The notes beneath the pieces were generated by a model. It saw only the letters and a list, made by a program, of their open reading frames with translations, had not been told where the DNA came from and ran no database searches. From assembly GCA_020845955.1 (NCBI GenBank), contig JADLEU010000369.1, positions 8,462 through 72,461 of the forward strand: DNA of 64,000 bases, in the 5' to 3' direction. Below, in pieces: positions 1-8,750 of this stretch. This DNA is from Anaerolineales bacterium (GTDB taxonomy: Bacteria; Chloroflexota; Anaerolineae; Anaerolineales; UBA6663). Numbering within the stretch: the first letter of the stretch is position 1; each line of letters starts with the position of its first letter. The translations under genes were made by a program, and so were the position numbers.

Positions 1-1
1 T

Positions 2-529
2 CATGGGCGCAACCAGGGCAAGGGCGCGGCGTTGCGCAACGCGCTGCGCCTGGCGCGCGAGGACTACCTGGTGATCCAGGACGCCGACCTGGAATACGAC
101 CCGCGCGATTTTCGGAAGATGATGGCGCCGGTGGCGCGCGACGGGGCCCAAGTGGTCTACGGCTCGCGTTTTAGCGGCGGACCCCGGTCGGGCATGCTCT
201 GGACACACTACCTGGGCAACCGCCTGCTGACAGTCCTGTTCAACGCGTTGTACGGCCAACGCCTGACCGACATGGAGACGTGCTACAAGCTCTTTCGCAC
301 CGCGCTGCTGTGCGAACTAGGGATCGACAACGACCGCTTCGACATCGACCCTGAAATCACGGCTAAAGTGATCCGGGCCGGCCACAGGATCTACGAAGTG
401 CCGGTGTCATACGCGGGCCGCCCGTACCTGGCCGGCAAGAAGATCCGGCCGCAAGATGCGCTTTCGGCGATCGGGACGTTGTGGCGCTACCGGCACTGGC
501 GGCCGCCACCAGGACCGAAGCCGGCCTGA
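2..529 (+). CDS. Glycosyltransferase family 2 (DPM1/polyprenyl-phosphate glycosyltransferase-like), C-terminal part; 5' end is upstream of the window
   Basis: Frame 2 is open from base 2. The translation HGRNQGKGAALRNAL..LVIQDADLEYDP..VYGSRFSG carries the GT2 core motifs (NxGKG, DAD). The track 'M' at 32 is an in-frame TTG. Confidence 0.8.
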   Translation, partial: HGRNQGKGAALRNALRLAREDYLVIQDADLEYDPRDFRKMMAPVARDGAQVVYGSRFSGGPRSGMLWTHYLGNRLLTVLFNALYGQRLTDMETCYKLFRTALLCELGIDNDRFDIDPEITAKVIRAGHRIYEVPVSYAGRPYLAGKKIRPQDALSAIGTLWRYRHWRPPPGPKPA

Positions 530-532
530 AAG

Positions 533-560
533 ACGGGACGGCGCGCCGCCCCGTGCTTTG
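533..560. terminator. GC-rich palindromic hairpin between convergent genes; candidate bidirectional intrinsic terminator
   Basis: acgggacggcgcgccgccccgt (533-554) is a near-perfect palindrome with one mismatch. It is followed by gctttg on the plus strand and by tctttc on the minus strand. It sits between the plus-strand stop at 529 and the minus-strand stop at 569. Confidence 0.45.
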
Positions 561-568
561 AAGCGTCT

Positions 569-2401
569 TTACTGCACCACAATGGGCGCGGCGCTGCAGT
601 AGGTGGCGGTGTTGGGGTCGATGCTGATCACCGCGCACAGGTAATAGGTATTGGCGGTGACGCCGTCGGTATCCCACCAGAAGCTCAGATCGGCCTGGGG
701 CAGCGTATCGGCCCCACCGACTGCCCCGGCGCCGCGCGAGAGCAGCGGCACGAAGACCTCGTAGGGACCGAGCGGCGGGCTGGGTGTCCAGCGTTGGGCG
801 GCGGACTGCGTGGGGTTGTCGCGGTTGATCGTGTAGTAGTAGTTGACGCTGTCGACGGCGCTGCCCGGCTGGTTGAGCTCGATCTGCACCAGGTAGGGGG
901 TGCCGCGCAAGACGTGATCGGGGGCCGCGAGCCGGAACCAGTCGATGCGCTGGTGAAACGGGCCGCCGTCGGTGATCGGGTCGCTGTCCTCGGTGATGTT
1001 CTCGTTGGGGTCGAAGCGGAGATCCAGGATCGAGCCGGTGTTGGCCCAGGCCGCCGGCTGACCCGGGCAGTCGATCACCGAGGTGTCCTCGGGCACGCCG
1101 TTGAAGGCGTCGTGCAGGTCGATGACGTAGGTCTGCCAGCCCAGGTCCAGGGGAATATCGTGGCTGACCAGGTAGCAGCGGTTCGCCGGCTGCCCGCTTG
1201 CACCTTGGATTGACCAGATCCAGCGTCCGATCATGCCCTGGGGCGCATTGGGCCAGGGCGCGATCCATTCCGTGGATAGCCGGAAAACCAGGTAGCGATA
1301 GTCGCCACCGCTTAGGTCGAATGGCGAGTTCAGCCAAACCTGCGCGTCCGTCCCGCCAGGGGGCGGCCCCGAGGGGGTGTTCAGCTCAAGCTGACCGCCG
1401 CCGATGTTGGCGCTCGTGCCCGAAGATTGGACCAGGTCGGCCCCATCGGCGAAGTCCCAGGTGTTGCCGGCCTGGGAGGCGTAGTCGGCGCCGCTTATGA
1501 ACGAGGGGGTCACAAATTCGGCAATCGGCGCCTGATTGACGGTGAGATCGCCGTTGTTGGCATTTAGGGTGCAGCAACCGGCACTCGTGCCGAGGCGGAC
1601 TGTATAGATCCCGGGCTCCAGGCCTTGTACGTCGAGCTGGGTGGAGCCCGAGCTGCCATTCACGCCCGCCTTGGCGAGGATAGCTCGGCTCGTGCCCTGC
1701 GGCTGGACCCAGACGGCATTGACGCCGCCGTTGGGCGTCCAGGTCACGGTGTGGATGACGGGATCGCAGTCGGTCAGTCGCACCCAGTCGACGGCGTAGT
1801 TACGGTTGGCTTGGTTCGACGGGTCGATGCGCAGGCCTTGCCAGGCGGGGCGGCCGGTCCAGCCGGTGCCGTAGCCCGGAGCCTGGCTCAGATCCCAGAA
1901 ATAGACCGTCCAGCGCGAGTCCGTCGTGAGCAGGGCCTCTCCAACGCCCCAGGTGCCGGTGTTAAGCTGATCGTTCTCGAACCACATGACCTGGGCGTAG
2001 CTGCCGCCGCCCTCGACCTGCATGGCCACGTACAGGCATTGATAGGCCGCGGAGGTGATGGGGTATAGAGCGCCGACCTTGCCAGCCTTGATCGCGCCCT
2101 CAATGCCAGGGAAGAGCACGCTGAAGTTCGTGTCGGCGGTGCCGGTGGACTGGGCCGAGAAGACCCCGTTGGAGACCTGGATGTTCTGGGTGTCGTAGGA
2201 CTGGCCGGAGCGGTTGAGATACAGGGACACGTCGCTGAGTGAGGCCATGTCCCACGGGTCGCGCAGCACCTGTGTGGCGAAATCCTGGCCCTCGGCCACC
2301 AGCGCGGCGCCCGCTTGCCCGCCTTCGATCGCCGGAGCTTGGCGAGGCCAGGCCGGGATGGCCAGCACCAGGAGCAACAGGTATCTACTCAGTCGCTGCA
2401 T
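569..2401 (-). CDS. Secreted hypothetical protein (about 610 aa) with an N-terminal signal peptide; last gene of the glycan operon
   Basis: The internal ATG at 2401 gives MQRLSRYLLLLVLAIPAWPRQAPAIEG, with an n-region, a hydrophobic core and an AxA-like site. The long ORF has protein-like composition and no family motif I recognise. The upstream extension to 2608 overlaps the preceding GT4 gene. Confidence 0.6.
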   Translation of the reverse strand: MQRLSRYLLLLVLAIPAWPRQAPAIEGGQAGAALVAEGQDFATQVLRDPWDMASLSDVSLYLNRSGQSYDTQNIQVSNGVFSAQSTGTADTNFSVLFPGIEGAIKAGKVGALYPITSAAYQCLYVAMQVEGGGSYAQVMWFENDQLNTGTWGVGEALLTTDSRWTVYFWDLSQAPGYGTGWTGRPAWQGLRIDPSNQANRNYAVDWVRLTDCDPVIHTVTWTPNGGVNAVWVQPQGTSRAILAKAGVNGSSGSTQLDVQGLEPGIYTVRLGTSAGCCTLNANNGDLTVNQAPIAEFVTPSFISGADYASQAGNTWDFADGADLVQSSGTSANIGGGQLELNTPSGPPPGGTDAQVWLNSPFDLSGGDYRYLVFRLSTEWIAPWPNAPQGMIGRWIWSIQGASGQPANRCYLVSHDIPLDLGWQTYVIDLHDAFNGVPEDTSVIDCPGQPAAWANTGSILDLRFDPNENITEDSDPITDGGPFHQRIDWFRLAAPDHVLRGTPYLVQIELNQPGSAVDSVNYYYTINRDNPTQSAAQRWTPSPPLGPYEVFVPLLSRGAGAVGGADTLPQADLSFWWDTDGVTANTYYLCAVISIDPNTATYCSAAPIVVQ

Positions 2402-3656
2402 TAAGATGGAACTTATCCCTTCCAGTGGCGGCCTGGGCGTCGGCGTACACTGCTCGGAAGCGGCGCGCAATTTCAGGCCAGTTGTACCGCGTGCGGACCT
2501 TCTGGTAGCCGGCGGCACCCAGCACTTTAGCCCAGCCGGGATTGCTGAGCAATAGGACCAAGGCGTCAGCCAACTGCAGGGCGTGTTGATAGTCGACCAG
2601 CAGGCCATCGCGCCCGGCAGACACCACCCAGGGCACTGCGCCGCGCCAGCAACCGACGACCGGCAGGCCGCAAGCCCAAGCCTCGAGGTATGAGATACCG
2701 AACGACTCGTAGCCCGATGGGTAGGCCAGGACGTCGATGGCGCGGAAGAGCGCGTACTTCTCGTCGTGTTCGAAGTTATAAATCAGTTGGACCTTCTCCT
2801 GCTGGGCCGCGGGCCAGCTGCGGATCTCGGCCTCGACGAAGTTGCTGTACAGGGTGCGTGCCCCAGCAATCAGTAGACGCGCCTCGGGCACGGCCTGCCA
2901 GACGACCGGCATGGCACGCAGCAAAGTGTCCAGACCCTTGTGATGCCCCATCTGACCGATAAAGCCGATCACGGGTGCGCTGCCCAGCTCCAGACGCGCC
3001 TTGGCCGCCTCGGCCGTGATGGCGGCAAACGGCTCCAGGTCGACGCCGGTACCGACGATGTGGACGCGGCGCGGGTCGGCCCCGCGGGCGATGACGTAGT
3101 CGGCCTCGAACTGGGTATAGGCGATGTAGGCGTCGGCCTGCTGGATGGCGCGGTAGATCATCGGCCGGCCGAAACCCCAGTCATCGTCTGGGTGCAGACC
3201 GCCGGCGAGCACCACGGGACGGCCGGTCCGGTGACCGCTGCGCAGGGCGGCAACCATGTGCAGCAGCGGAAATGACGAAGCAGCGATGACGTCGGCGGGC
3301 TGGCGGGCAATGGCGTCGGCCAGGCCGGGAATGACCGGGCCGCTGGCGAGAGCGCGCAGGTATTGGTTGCCAGGCAGCTTGAAACCGTAGGCGGGGGCCT
3401 GCACCAGGCGCGCCGCACGGCTAACCTGGCTGAGCACTGGGAAACGGCGCACGCGGACGCCGGAGCGCTTCTCCCACCCGGTAGGCATACGCGGCAGGCG
3501 CGGAGTCCAGAAAGCCTCGCCGTTGTAGCAGTTTGTGGTGAACACCGTGACCTCGTCGCCAAACTGCGCGACCAGCTCCTCCGAGACGCGTTGGATGAGC
3601 CACTCGGTGCCCCCGATGGCGGGTTCGTAGCCCTGGGTCACATGGAGGACCTTCAC
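2385..3656 (-). CDS. Glycosyltransferase family 4 (GT-B, GT1-type)
   Basis: A GTG at 3656 gives VKVLHVTQGYEPAIGGTE, a typical GT4 N-terminus. The EX7E motif is present (YESFGISYLEAW). The start lies 5 nt after the upstream stop at 3662. Confidence 0.85.
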   Translation of the reverse strand: MKVLHVTQGYEPAIGGTEWLIQRVSEELVAQFGDEVTVFTTNCYNGEAFWTPRLPRMPTGWEKRSGVRVRRFPVLSQVSRAARLVQAPAYGFKLPGNQYLRALASGPVIPGLADAIARQPADVIAASSFPLLHMVAALRSGHRTGRPVVLAGGLHPDDDWGFGRPMIYRAIQQADAYIAYTQFEADYVIARGADPRRVHIVGTGVDLEPFAAITAEAAKARLELGSAPVIGFIGQMGHHKGLDTLLRAMPVVWQAVPEARLLIAGARTLYSNFVEAEIRSWPAAQQEKVQLIYNFEHDEKYALFRAIDVLAYPSGYESFGISYLEAWACGLPVVGCWRGAVPWVVSAGRDGLLVDYQHALQLADALVLLLSNPGWAKVLGAAGYQKVRTRYNWPEIARRFRAVYADAQAATGRDKFHLNAATE

Positions 3657-3661
3657 GCGGC

Positions 3662-6376
3662 CTAATAGCCCGATAAGCGCAGGCGCAGGTAGCGCAGCCC
3701 ACGACTGAGCATGGTGCCGAACCCTTCGGTGCTCCACAGATAGAGCGCCTGGCGCAGCCCTGTGCGCTGGACGGGCTGCTCGACGCGGCGCGGGGCCCGG
3801 TCGGGGGCGCTTTGACCAGCCAGGCAGTAGTGGCGCAAAGGCTCGACCACCCGCTGCCAGGAGAAGCGCTCAGCCAGGGGCGCGAAGGCCGGGGCCCAGG
3901 CAGACTTGGGTCGGGAGAGCATGTCGCCCAGGGCGGCGGCGATGGCGGCCTCATCGAAGGGAGGCACGACACAGCCCAGCCCCAGCTCGCGCACCCATTC
4001 GCTGGTCACATCGCCCTCGGTAACAAGCACGGGCAGGCCAGCCCAGAAGTAATCGAAGACGCGCGTGCGGATGGAGTAGCGCGTTTCAACGTGAACGGGG
4101 TGCAGGACGACGCCCACGTCGGCCTCGCTGAGCAGCGCCTCACGCTCGGCGTAGGGCAGCCATTCGATGAAGAAGACAGAGCGGTCCTTTTCGCCGAGCG
4201 CCTCGGCCAGGCGCAGGCACTCGCCCACGACGGCGTGTGAGGGCACGTCGGGATTAGGGTGGCGCGTGCCGAGGTAGACCAGGCGGGCGTACGGGTGGCG
4301 GCCAAGCACGGCCGGCCAGGCGCGCAGCAGGCTGAGGGGATCGAGCCAGTCCCACATCCCCCCACCCCACAGGACGATGCGGCTCTCAGGCGGGAAGGCA
4401 GGGTGGACGCCGCGCAGGTGGCGACCGGCGTGGAGCGGGCGGTCAGGGAAGCCAAGACTGACCACGTCAATTAACTGGCGCAGGGTGGCATCCTGGGCGA
4501 AGGTACGCGGGTTGACACGGCCATTGGCAGCCAGGACGCCCATCCACAGGTCGCGCTGGCGCTCGCTGCCGCAGATGAAGAAGTCGCCGAGGCGGGCCAG
4601 GCGGTTGACGATGCTGATTGCGTGGGTGTTGGCGCCTTCCTGCACGGCCAGCGGCTCGCGCACATAGTAATGCAGGTTTTCGAGCATGAAGGGGTCGTAG
4701 AGGTCGACGACCAGGCGGGTGTCGAGCATGCTGAGGTCAGGAAACTTCTCGACCATGTAGCCAGAGACCAGGGCGACGTCGGCATTCCGGGCAAGCACCG
4801 GCAGGCTGTGCGGCCGGCGCTCGTCGTAGCGCACTAAGCGTAGGCCCGGCTCGGTGAAATCGGTTTCGCCGGGGACGGCCAGGGTGACATCGCAATCGGC
4901 TGCCAGGGCGCGGGCCATCTCCAAGTAGCGCATGCCCGGGCCAGCCATGCGGGTGGCGACCACGTCGTTGCTGGCGATGAGGAGGTGGGGCCGGCGCGCG
5001 GGGCGCGGAGGGACTTCGAACTCAGGCAGCGGGCGGGCCTGGCCGGTATGCATGAGGGGCAGGTAGTGGCCAGCCACGGCGCGCCAGTCAAGGCGGGGCA
5101 GGCCGTTGTGGTCGAAGGGCGCGGGCCACGCGCCCTGCTGGGCGAAAAGCTGCGCGTCGGGGATCTGGCGGCGGCGGAGTAGCGCGCGGCGGCGGCCATA
5201 AAGTCGTGGCAGGCTTAGGAGCGCGGCGAGCCAGGCGCCGAGATAGGCGCGGACTTCGCCCCAGTCGCGGCGACCGGCGGCGCGGAGGAGGTTGCTGCGA
5301 TCCTCGGCCAGGTAGTTCCGCAGGAAGCGGCGCAGCGTGGAGCCAGTCAGGGTCTTGAGCGTGAAGCGCAGGCGGCCAAAGACGGCGCGGCGCAGCTTGA
5401 GCGGCGTAAGCGAGGCGGCAGCGCCGGTCGGCACACTGCTGCCAAAGGCATGGTAGATGACGGCGCGCGGGGCAGCGGCGATCTCGTAGCCGAGGAGGCG
5501 GGCACGATAGGACCATTCGGCGTCTTCGTAGTAGAGGGGGAAGGCCTCATCGGCGGGTCCGACCGCATCCCAGGCGTCGCGGGGAATGAGGGTGGCGGCG
5601 AAGCAGACCGAGGGCACCTGGCGCCAGCGGTCAAACTGGCCGAGATCAAGGTGGCCGTAGGCGATGTCGGCGCCCCAGGAGTGGTCGCGCACGTAGTTGC
5701 CCAGCCCGTTGATGAAGGCCTCCGCCCAGGTGAACCTGAGCATGGCCGCTACGGCCGCGCACTTGGGTTGAGCCTCGGCAACGGCCACTAACTCGGCCAC
5801 GGCGGCGGGGGCAAGGCGGATATCGGCATTGAGGAGGAGCAGGTAGCGGCCGCTGGCTGCTTCGGCGCCGCGGTTGAGGGCAGCTGAGAGCGACACCAAT
5901 TGCTCAGTGTGCACGCACTTGAAGGCGGGATGGTTGCGCGCCAGCCAGTCGCGCAGGCCATCGGTGGAGGCATTGTCCACCACGATGACCTCGAGCGCCG
6001 GGTAGGTCTGCGCGGCGAGCGAGGGCAGGCAGATCTCGAGCCAACTCATAGCGTTGTGGCTGACGACGATGGCGGAAACGGCGCCGGGTACGCCACTGGC
6101 AGCGCACGGCGCAGACGGCGCCGCGACAGGCACGCCAACGCGCTCAAGTAGGCCGGCCTCGGCCAGGCAGGCGAGCGCGGCCCGGACCTCGTCGGGAGCG
6201 GCGCCGGGAACGGGCTGAAGCGCCAGGACCTCGTCGGGCAAGCGGCCATCGGCGGCGCGCCACACGGCCAACAGGCGGTCGTCCACGGCAACGCGGCCGC
6301 CTGCAGGGGTGGTCAGCAAGGGCCGGCCTTCAACGGTCTGGGCCTCAACGCCCGGGGGAAGGCGATAAGAAAACAT
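3662..6376 (-). CDS. Three-module protein: N-terminal PqqD/RRE-like domain, GT2 domain, C-terminal GT-B-like domain
   Basis: aa 1-85 (PPGVEAQTVEGRPLLTTPAGGRVAVDDRLLAVWRAADGRLPDEV..ACLAEAGLLERV) fit the PqqD pattern. aa ~100-350 carry VSAIVVSHNAMSWLEICLPSLAAQTYPALEVIVVDNASTDG and LLNAD (GT2). The C-terminal ~440 aa are paralogous to ORF 8751-10106. Confidence 0.85.
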   Translation of the reverse strand: MFSYRLPPGVEAQTVEGRPLLTTPAGGRVAVDDRLLAVWRAADGRLPDEVLALQPVPGAAPDEVRAALACLAEAGLLERVGVPVAAPSAPCAASGVPGAVSAIVVSHNAMSWLEICLPSLAAQTYPALEVIVVDNASTDGLRDWLARNHPAFKCVHTEQLVSLSAALNRGAEAASGRYLLLLNADIRLAPAAVAELVAVAEAQPKCAAVAAMLRFTWAEAFINGLGNYVRDHSWGADIAYGHLDLGQFDRWRQVPSVCFAATLIPRDAWDAVGPADEAFPLYYEDAEWSYRARLLGYEIAAAPRAVIYHAFGSSVPTGAAASLTPLKLRRAVFGRLRFTLKTLTGSTLRRFLRNYLAEDRSNLLRAAGRRDWGEVRAYLGAWLAALLSLPRLYGRRRALLRRRQIPDAQLFAQQGAWPAPFDHNGLPRLDWRAVAGHYLPLMHTGQARPLPEFEVPPRPARRPHLLIASNDVVATRMAGPGMRYLEMARALAADCDVTLAVPGETDFTEPGLRLVRYDERRPHSLPVLARNADVALVSGYMVEKFPDLSMLDTRLVVDLYDPFMLENLHYYVREPLAVQEGANTHAISIVNRLARLGDFFICGSERQRDLWMGVLAANGRVNPRTFAQDATLRQLIDVVSLGFPDRPLHAGRHLRGVHPAFPPESRIVLWGGGMWDWLDPLSLLRAWPAVLGRHPYARLVYLGTRHPNPDVPSHAVVGECLRLAEALGEKDRSVFFIEWLPYAEREALLSEADVGVVLHPVHVETRYSIRTRVFDYFWAGLPVLVTEGDVTSEWVRELGLGCVVPPFDEAAIAAALGDMLSRPKSAWAPAFAPLAERFSWQRVVEPLRHYCLAGQSAPDRAPRRVEQPVQRTGLRQALYLWSTEGFGTMLSRGLRYLRLRLSGY

Positions 6377-6396
6377 GTCGTCAAAGAGCTCGCGAC

Positions 6397-7719
6397 TCAG
6401 GATACCAGGGTTCGGTGTACAACTGCATCCAGGAACCGTTTACGCCGGCTGCCATCGGGCGCCAGATGGGCGCGCCAGCGCGTCAGGGCAAGGGCCACGC
6501 GCCACGCCAGGCTGGCGCGAATCTCGGCAAGCTCGCGGTCAACGCCTTCGAGGCGCTTGACCTCAGCACGCAGCGACCAAACATAGGCCTCAAGCGCCCG
6601 GTGGCGCGGCTGCACCTGCTCGGCCACGCGCAGGAACATGGCACGCTGATCGTTCGAAAGGGCCGGGCGCGCGCCAGAGGCCAACACCTTTTGATACGCG
6701 GCCAGCCAATCGCCGGCCCCCGCCGAGAGCCGCCAATGGTCGCGCACGGTGGCCTGGGCGCCCGCGCCCAGCTTCTGGCGCAGCACGGGCGAAGCGACCA
6801 ATTGGTCAAGCGCGGCCTCCCATTCGGCCGGCGTGCTGGCCAGCAATCCATTCTCGCCTGAGCGGACGACAGCGGTGTAGGGCTCGAGGCGGCTGTAGAC
6901 ACCAGGCATCCCGAGCGCGCTGTACTCAAGGAACTTGATGGCGCTCTTGCAGCGGTTGAAGGCGTTGTCGCACAAGGGCGCAATAAAGATATCCGCCGTC
7001 TGGGTGGCGAACTGACGGGCAAACTCGGCATAGTCGAGCTGGTCGAGAGGCGTCCAGGCCACCTGGGATCGGTCACGCAGCGCCAGCGGCGGCGAGGCGC
7101 CCCAAAAATGTAAGCGCACCTGCCGGCCGCGGCGATCGAGCAAGTGGAGCAGGCCAGCCGCGACGCTCTCCAGGTCAGGCTGGTGGGTCGGACCGCCCAT
7201 GTAGCCGACCGTAACGGGTGCGGCGGAAGCCGGACGGTCCGGGCGGCCGGCCAGCGGCCATAGCTGGTCGTCGAGGTAGTTGGGCACGACGGCAACGTTG
7301 GGGTTCAAAGACCCGACCCGGGCGGCCAGGGGCGGCGTGGTGACGACCACCTGATCGCATTCGACCAATGCGGCCAACACCGCAAACAACTGGTCGGTAT
7401 AGGCCGGGGCAGCCAGGTGTCCTTCAGGTAGGTCAAAGAGCAGGTCGTCCAACTCGTAGACGAGCGGCTTGCCCGCGGCACGCGCCAGCGCCACGATCTG
7501 CCGGTAGGCCTCCCAGAAGCGGGCAAAGTCGCGTTGGATGACCACGAGATCGGCATCTGCGACGTACTCGGGCGCAACATTGTCACCCTGGTTGCCTTGA
7601 ATAACGCGCACACCGTTGATAGCAGCCGGACCGCGCACGCGCAGCCAGGGCAGAACGCTCTCCCACGGATCGGCGCTGTAGAGCACCACCGAGCGCAGCG
7701 GTTGGTTGGCAGCCGGCAT
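6397..7719 (-). CDS. GT-B-fold glycosyltransferase with a C-terminal coiled-coil tail
   Basis: The ATG at 7719 (MPAANQPL) overlaps the upstream TAA by 1 nt (TAATG). The body looks like a Glyco_trans_1-type domain (FLEYSALGMPGVYS). The C-terminal ~70 aa are heptad-like (ALEAYVWSLRAEVKRLEGVDRELAEIRASL). Confidence 0.7.
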   Translation of the reverse strand: MPAANQPLRSVVLYSADPWESVLPWLRVRGPAAINGVRVIQGNQGDNVAPEYVADADLVVIQRDFARFWEAYRQIVALARAAGKPLVYELDDLLFDLPEGHLAAPAYTDQLFAVLAALVECDQVVVTTPPLAARVGSLNPNVAVVPNYLDDQLWPLAGRPDRPASAAPVTVGYMGGPTHQPDLESVAAGLLHLLDRRGRQVRLHFWGASPPLALRDRSQVAWTPLDQLDYAEFARQFATQTADIFIAPLCDNAFNRCKSAIKFLEYSALGMPGVYSRLEPYTAVVRSGENGLLASTPAEWEAALDQLVASPVLRQKLGAGAQATVRDHWRLSAGAGDWLAAYQKVLASGARPALSNDQRAMFLRVAEQVQPRHRALEAYVWSLRAEVKRLEGVDRELAEIRASLAWRVALALTRWRAHLAPDGSRRKRFLDAVVHRTLVS

Positions 7720-8741
7720 TAGGCCCCCTGCCCTGGCGCGGGCAGGCTGAGATGCTGGTAGCGCTGCTGGACTTGGCAGGGCCAGACTGCGGGCGAGAGC
7801 CACTGAAAAACCTCGCGCGCCGAAGCCCGGCGGGCCGCCTGCGCCCTGCGGCGTTGGCGCAGCGCGTGCCCCGCCAGGCGCCAGAACGCCAGCCGGCCAC
7901 GCAAGCCACTGGCGGTGCGCTGGAGGAGCAGACTATTGGCGAGCGACAGCAAGTCGTACAACAGCAGGCCCGGCACAAAGCGCCAGGCGTGCAGCCAGGG
8001 GTAGTTCTTCACCAGCATCAGCAGCTTGTTGCGGGCGAGGTAGTAGGTCTTGAAGGCCGAGCCCTCGCGGCTGGTGGCTGACCCCACGTGCTGCACGCGC
8101 GCGGCCGGCGCCAATATGGCCCGCCAGCCGAGCCAGCGGGCCCGCCAGGCCAGATCAACATCTTCGAGATACGCAAAGAAGGCTTCGTCAAAACCGCCCA
8201 GCTCTGCCAGCATTTCGCGCCGATAGAGCGCGGCCCCGGCGCTGGCCCCAAACACCGGTATTGGCTGGGAACCGGGAGAGGGCACGCCGGAGCCGCCGGA
8301 ACAATCCCAACTGACACCAAGGCGATCGACGCAGACACCGGCCGAGTTGACCATGGACGGACGATCGGCGTAGACCATCAGCGAGGCCACCATGCCGGCG
8401 CCGGGCTCAGCCTCGGCGGCAGCCACCAGAGCATCGAGCCAGCCGTTCTCGGCAAAGGCATCGTTGTTGATCAGCGCCACGTACTGTCCCCGCGCCGCTT
8501 GAATCCCCTGGTTGTTGGCCGCGGCGAAGCCGAGGTTGCGCGGGTTACACAGCAGGCGCACACCCGGGTAGTTGTCGGCCAGCCATTGTGAGCTGCCGTC
8601 ACTGGAGCCGTTGTCGACGACGAGGATTTCGAAGGTGGGATAGCTCTGGGCCTGGAGCGCAGCCAGACAGGGCTCCAGATGATGCCGTCCATTCCAATTG
8701 GCGATGACCACCGAGACCAGCGGGGGTGGAGCGGCAGGCAT
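7719..8741 (-). CDS. Glycosyltransferase family 2 (rhamnosyltransferase-like)
   Basis: VSVVIANWNGRHHLEPCLAALQAQSYPTFEILVVDNGSSDGS and LINNDAF (DxD-type) match GT2. The start is an ATG at 8741. Confidence 0.85.
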   Translation of the reverse strand: MPAAPPPLVSVVIANWNGRHHLEPCLAALQAQSYPTFEILVVDNGSSDGSSQWLADNYPGVRLLCNPRNLGFAAANNQGIQAARGQYVALINNDAFAENGWLDALVAAAEAEPGAGMVASLMVYADRPSMVNSAGVCVDRLGVSWDCSGGSGVPSPGSQPIPVFGASAGAALYRREMLAELGGFDEAFFAYLEDVDLAWRARWLGWRAILAPAARVQHVGSATSREGSAFKTYYLARNKLLMLVKNYPWLHAWRFVPGLLLYDLLSLANSLLLQRTASGLRGRLAFWRLAGHALRQRRRAQAARRASAREVFQWLSPAVWPCQVQQRYQHLSLPAPGQGA

Positions 8742-8750
8742 GGCTGGCTG

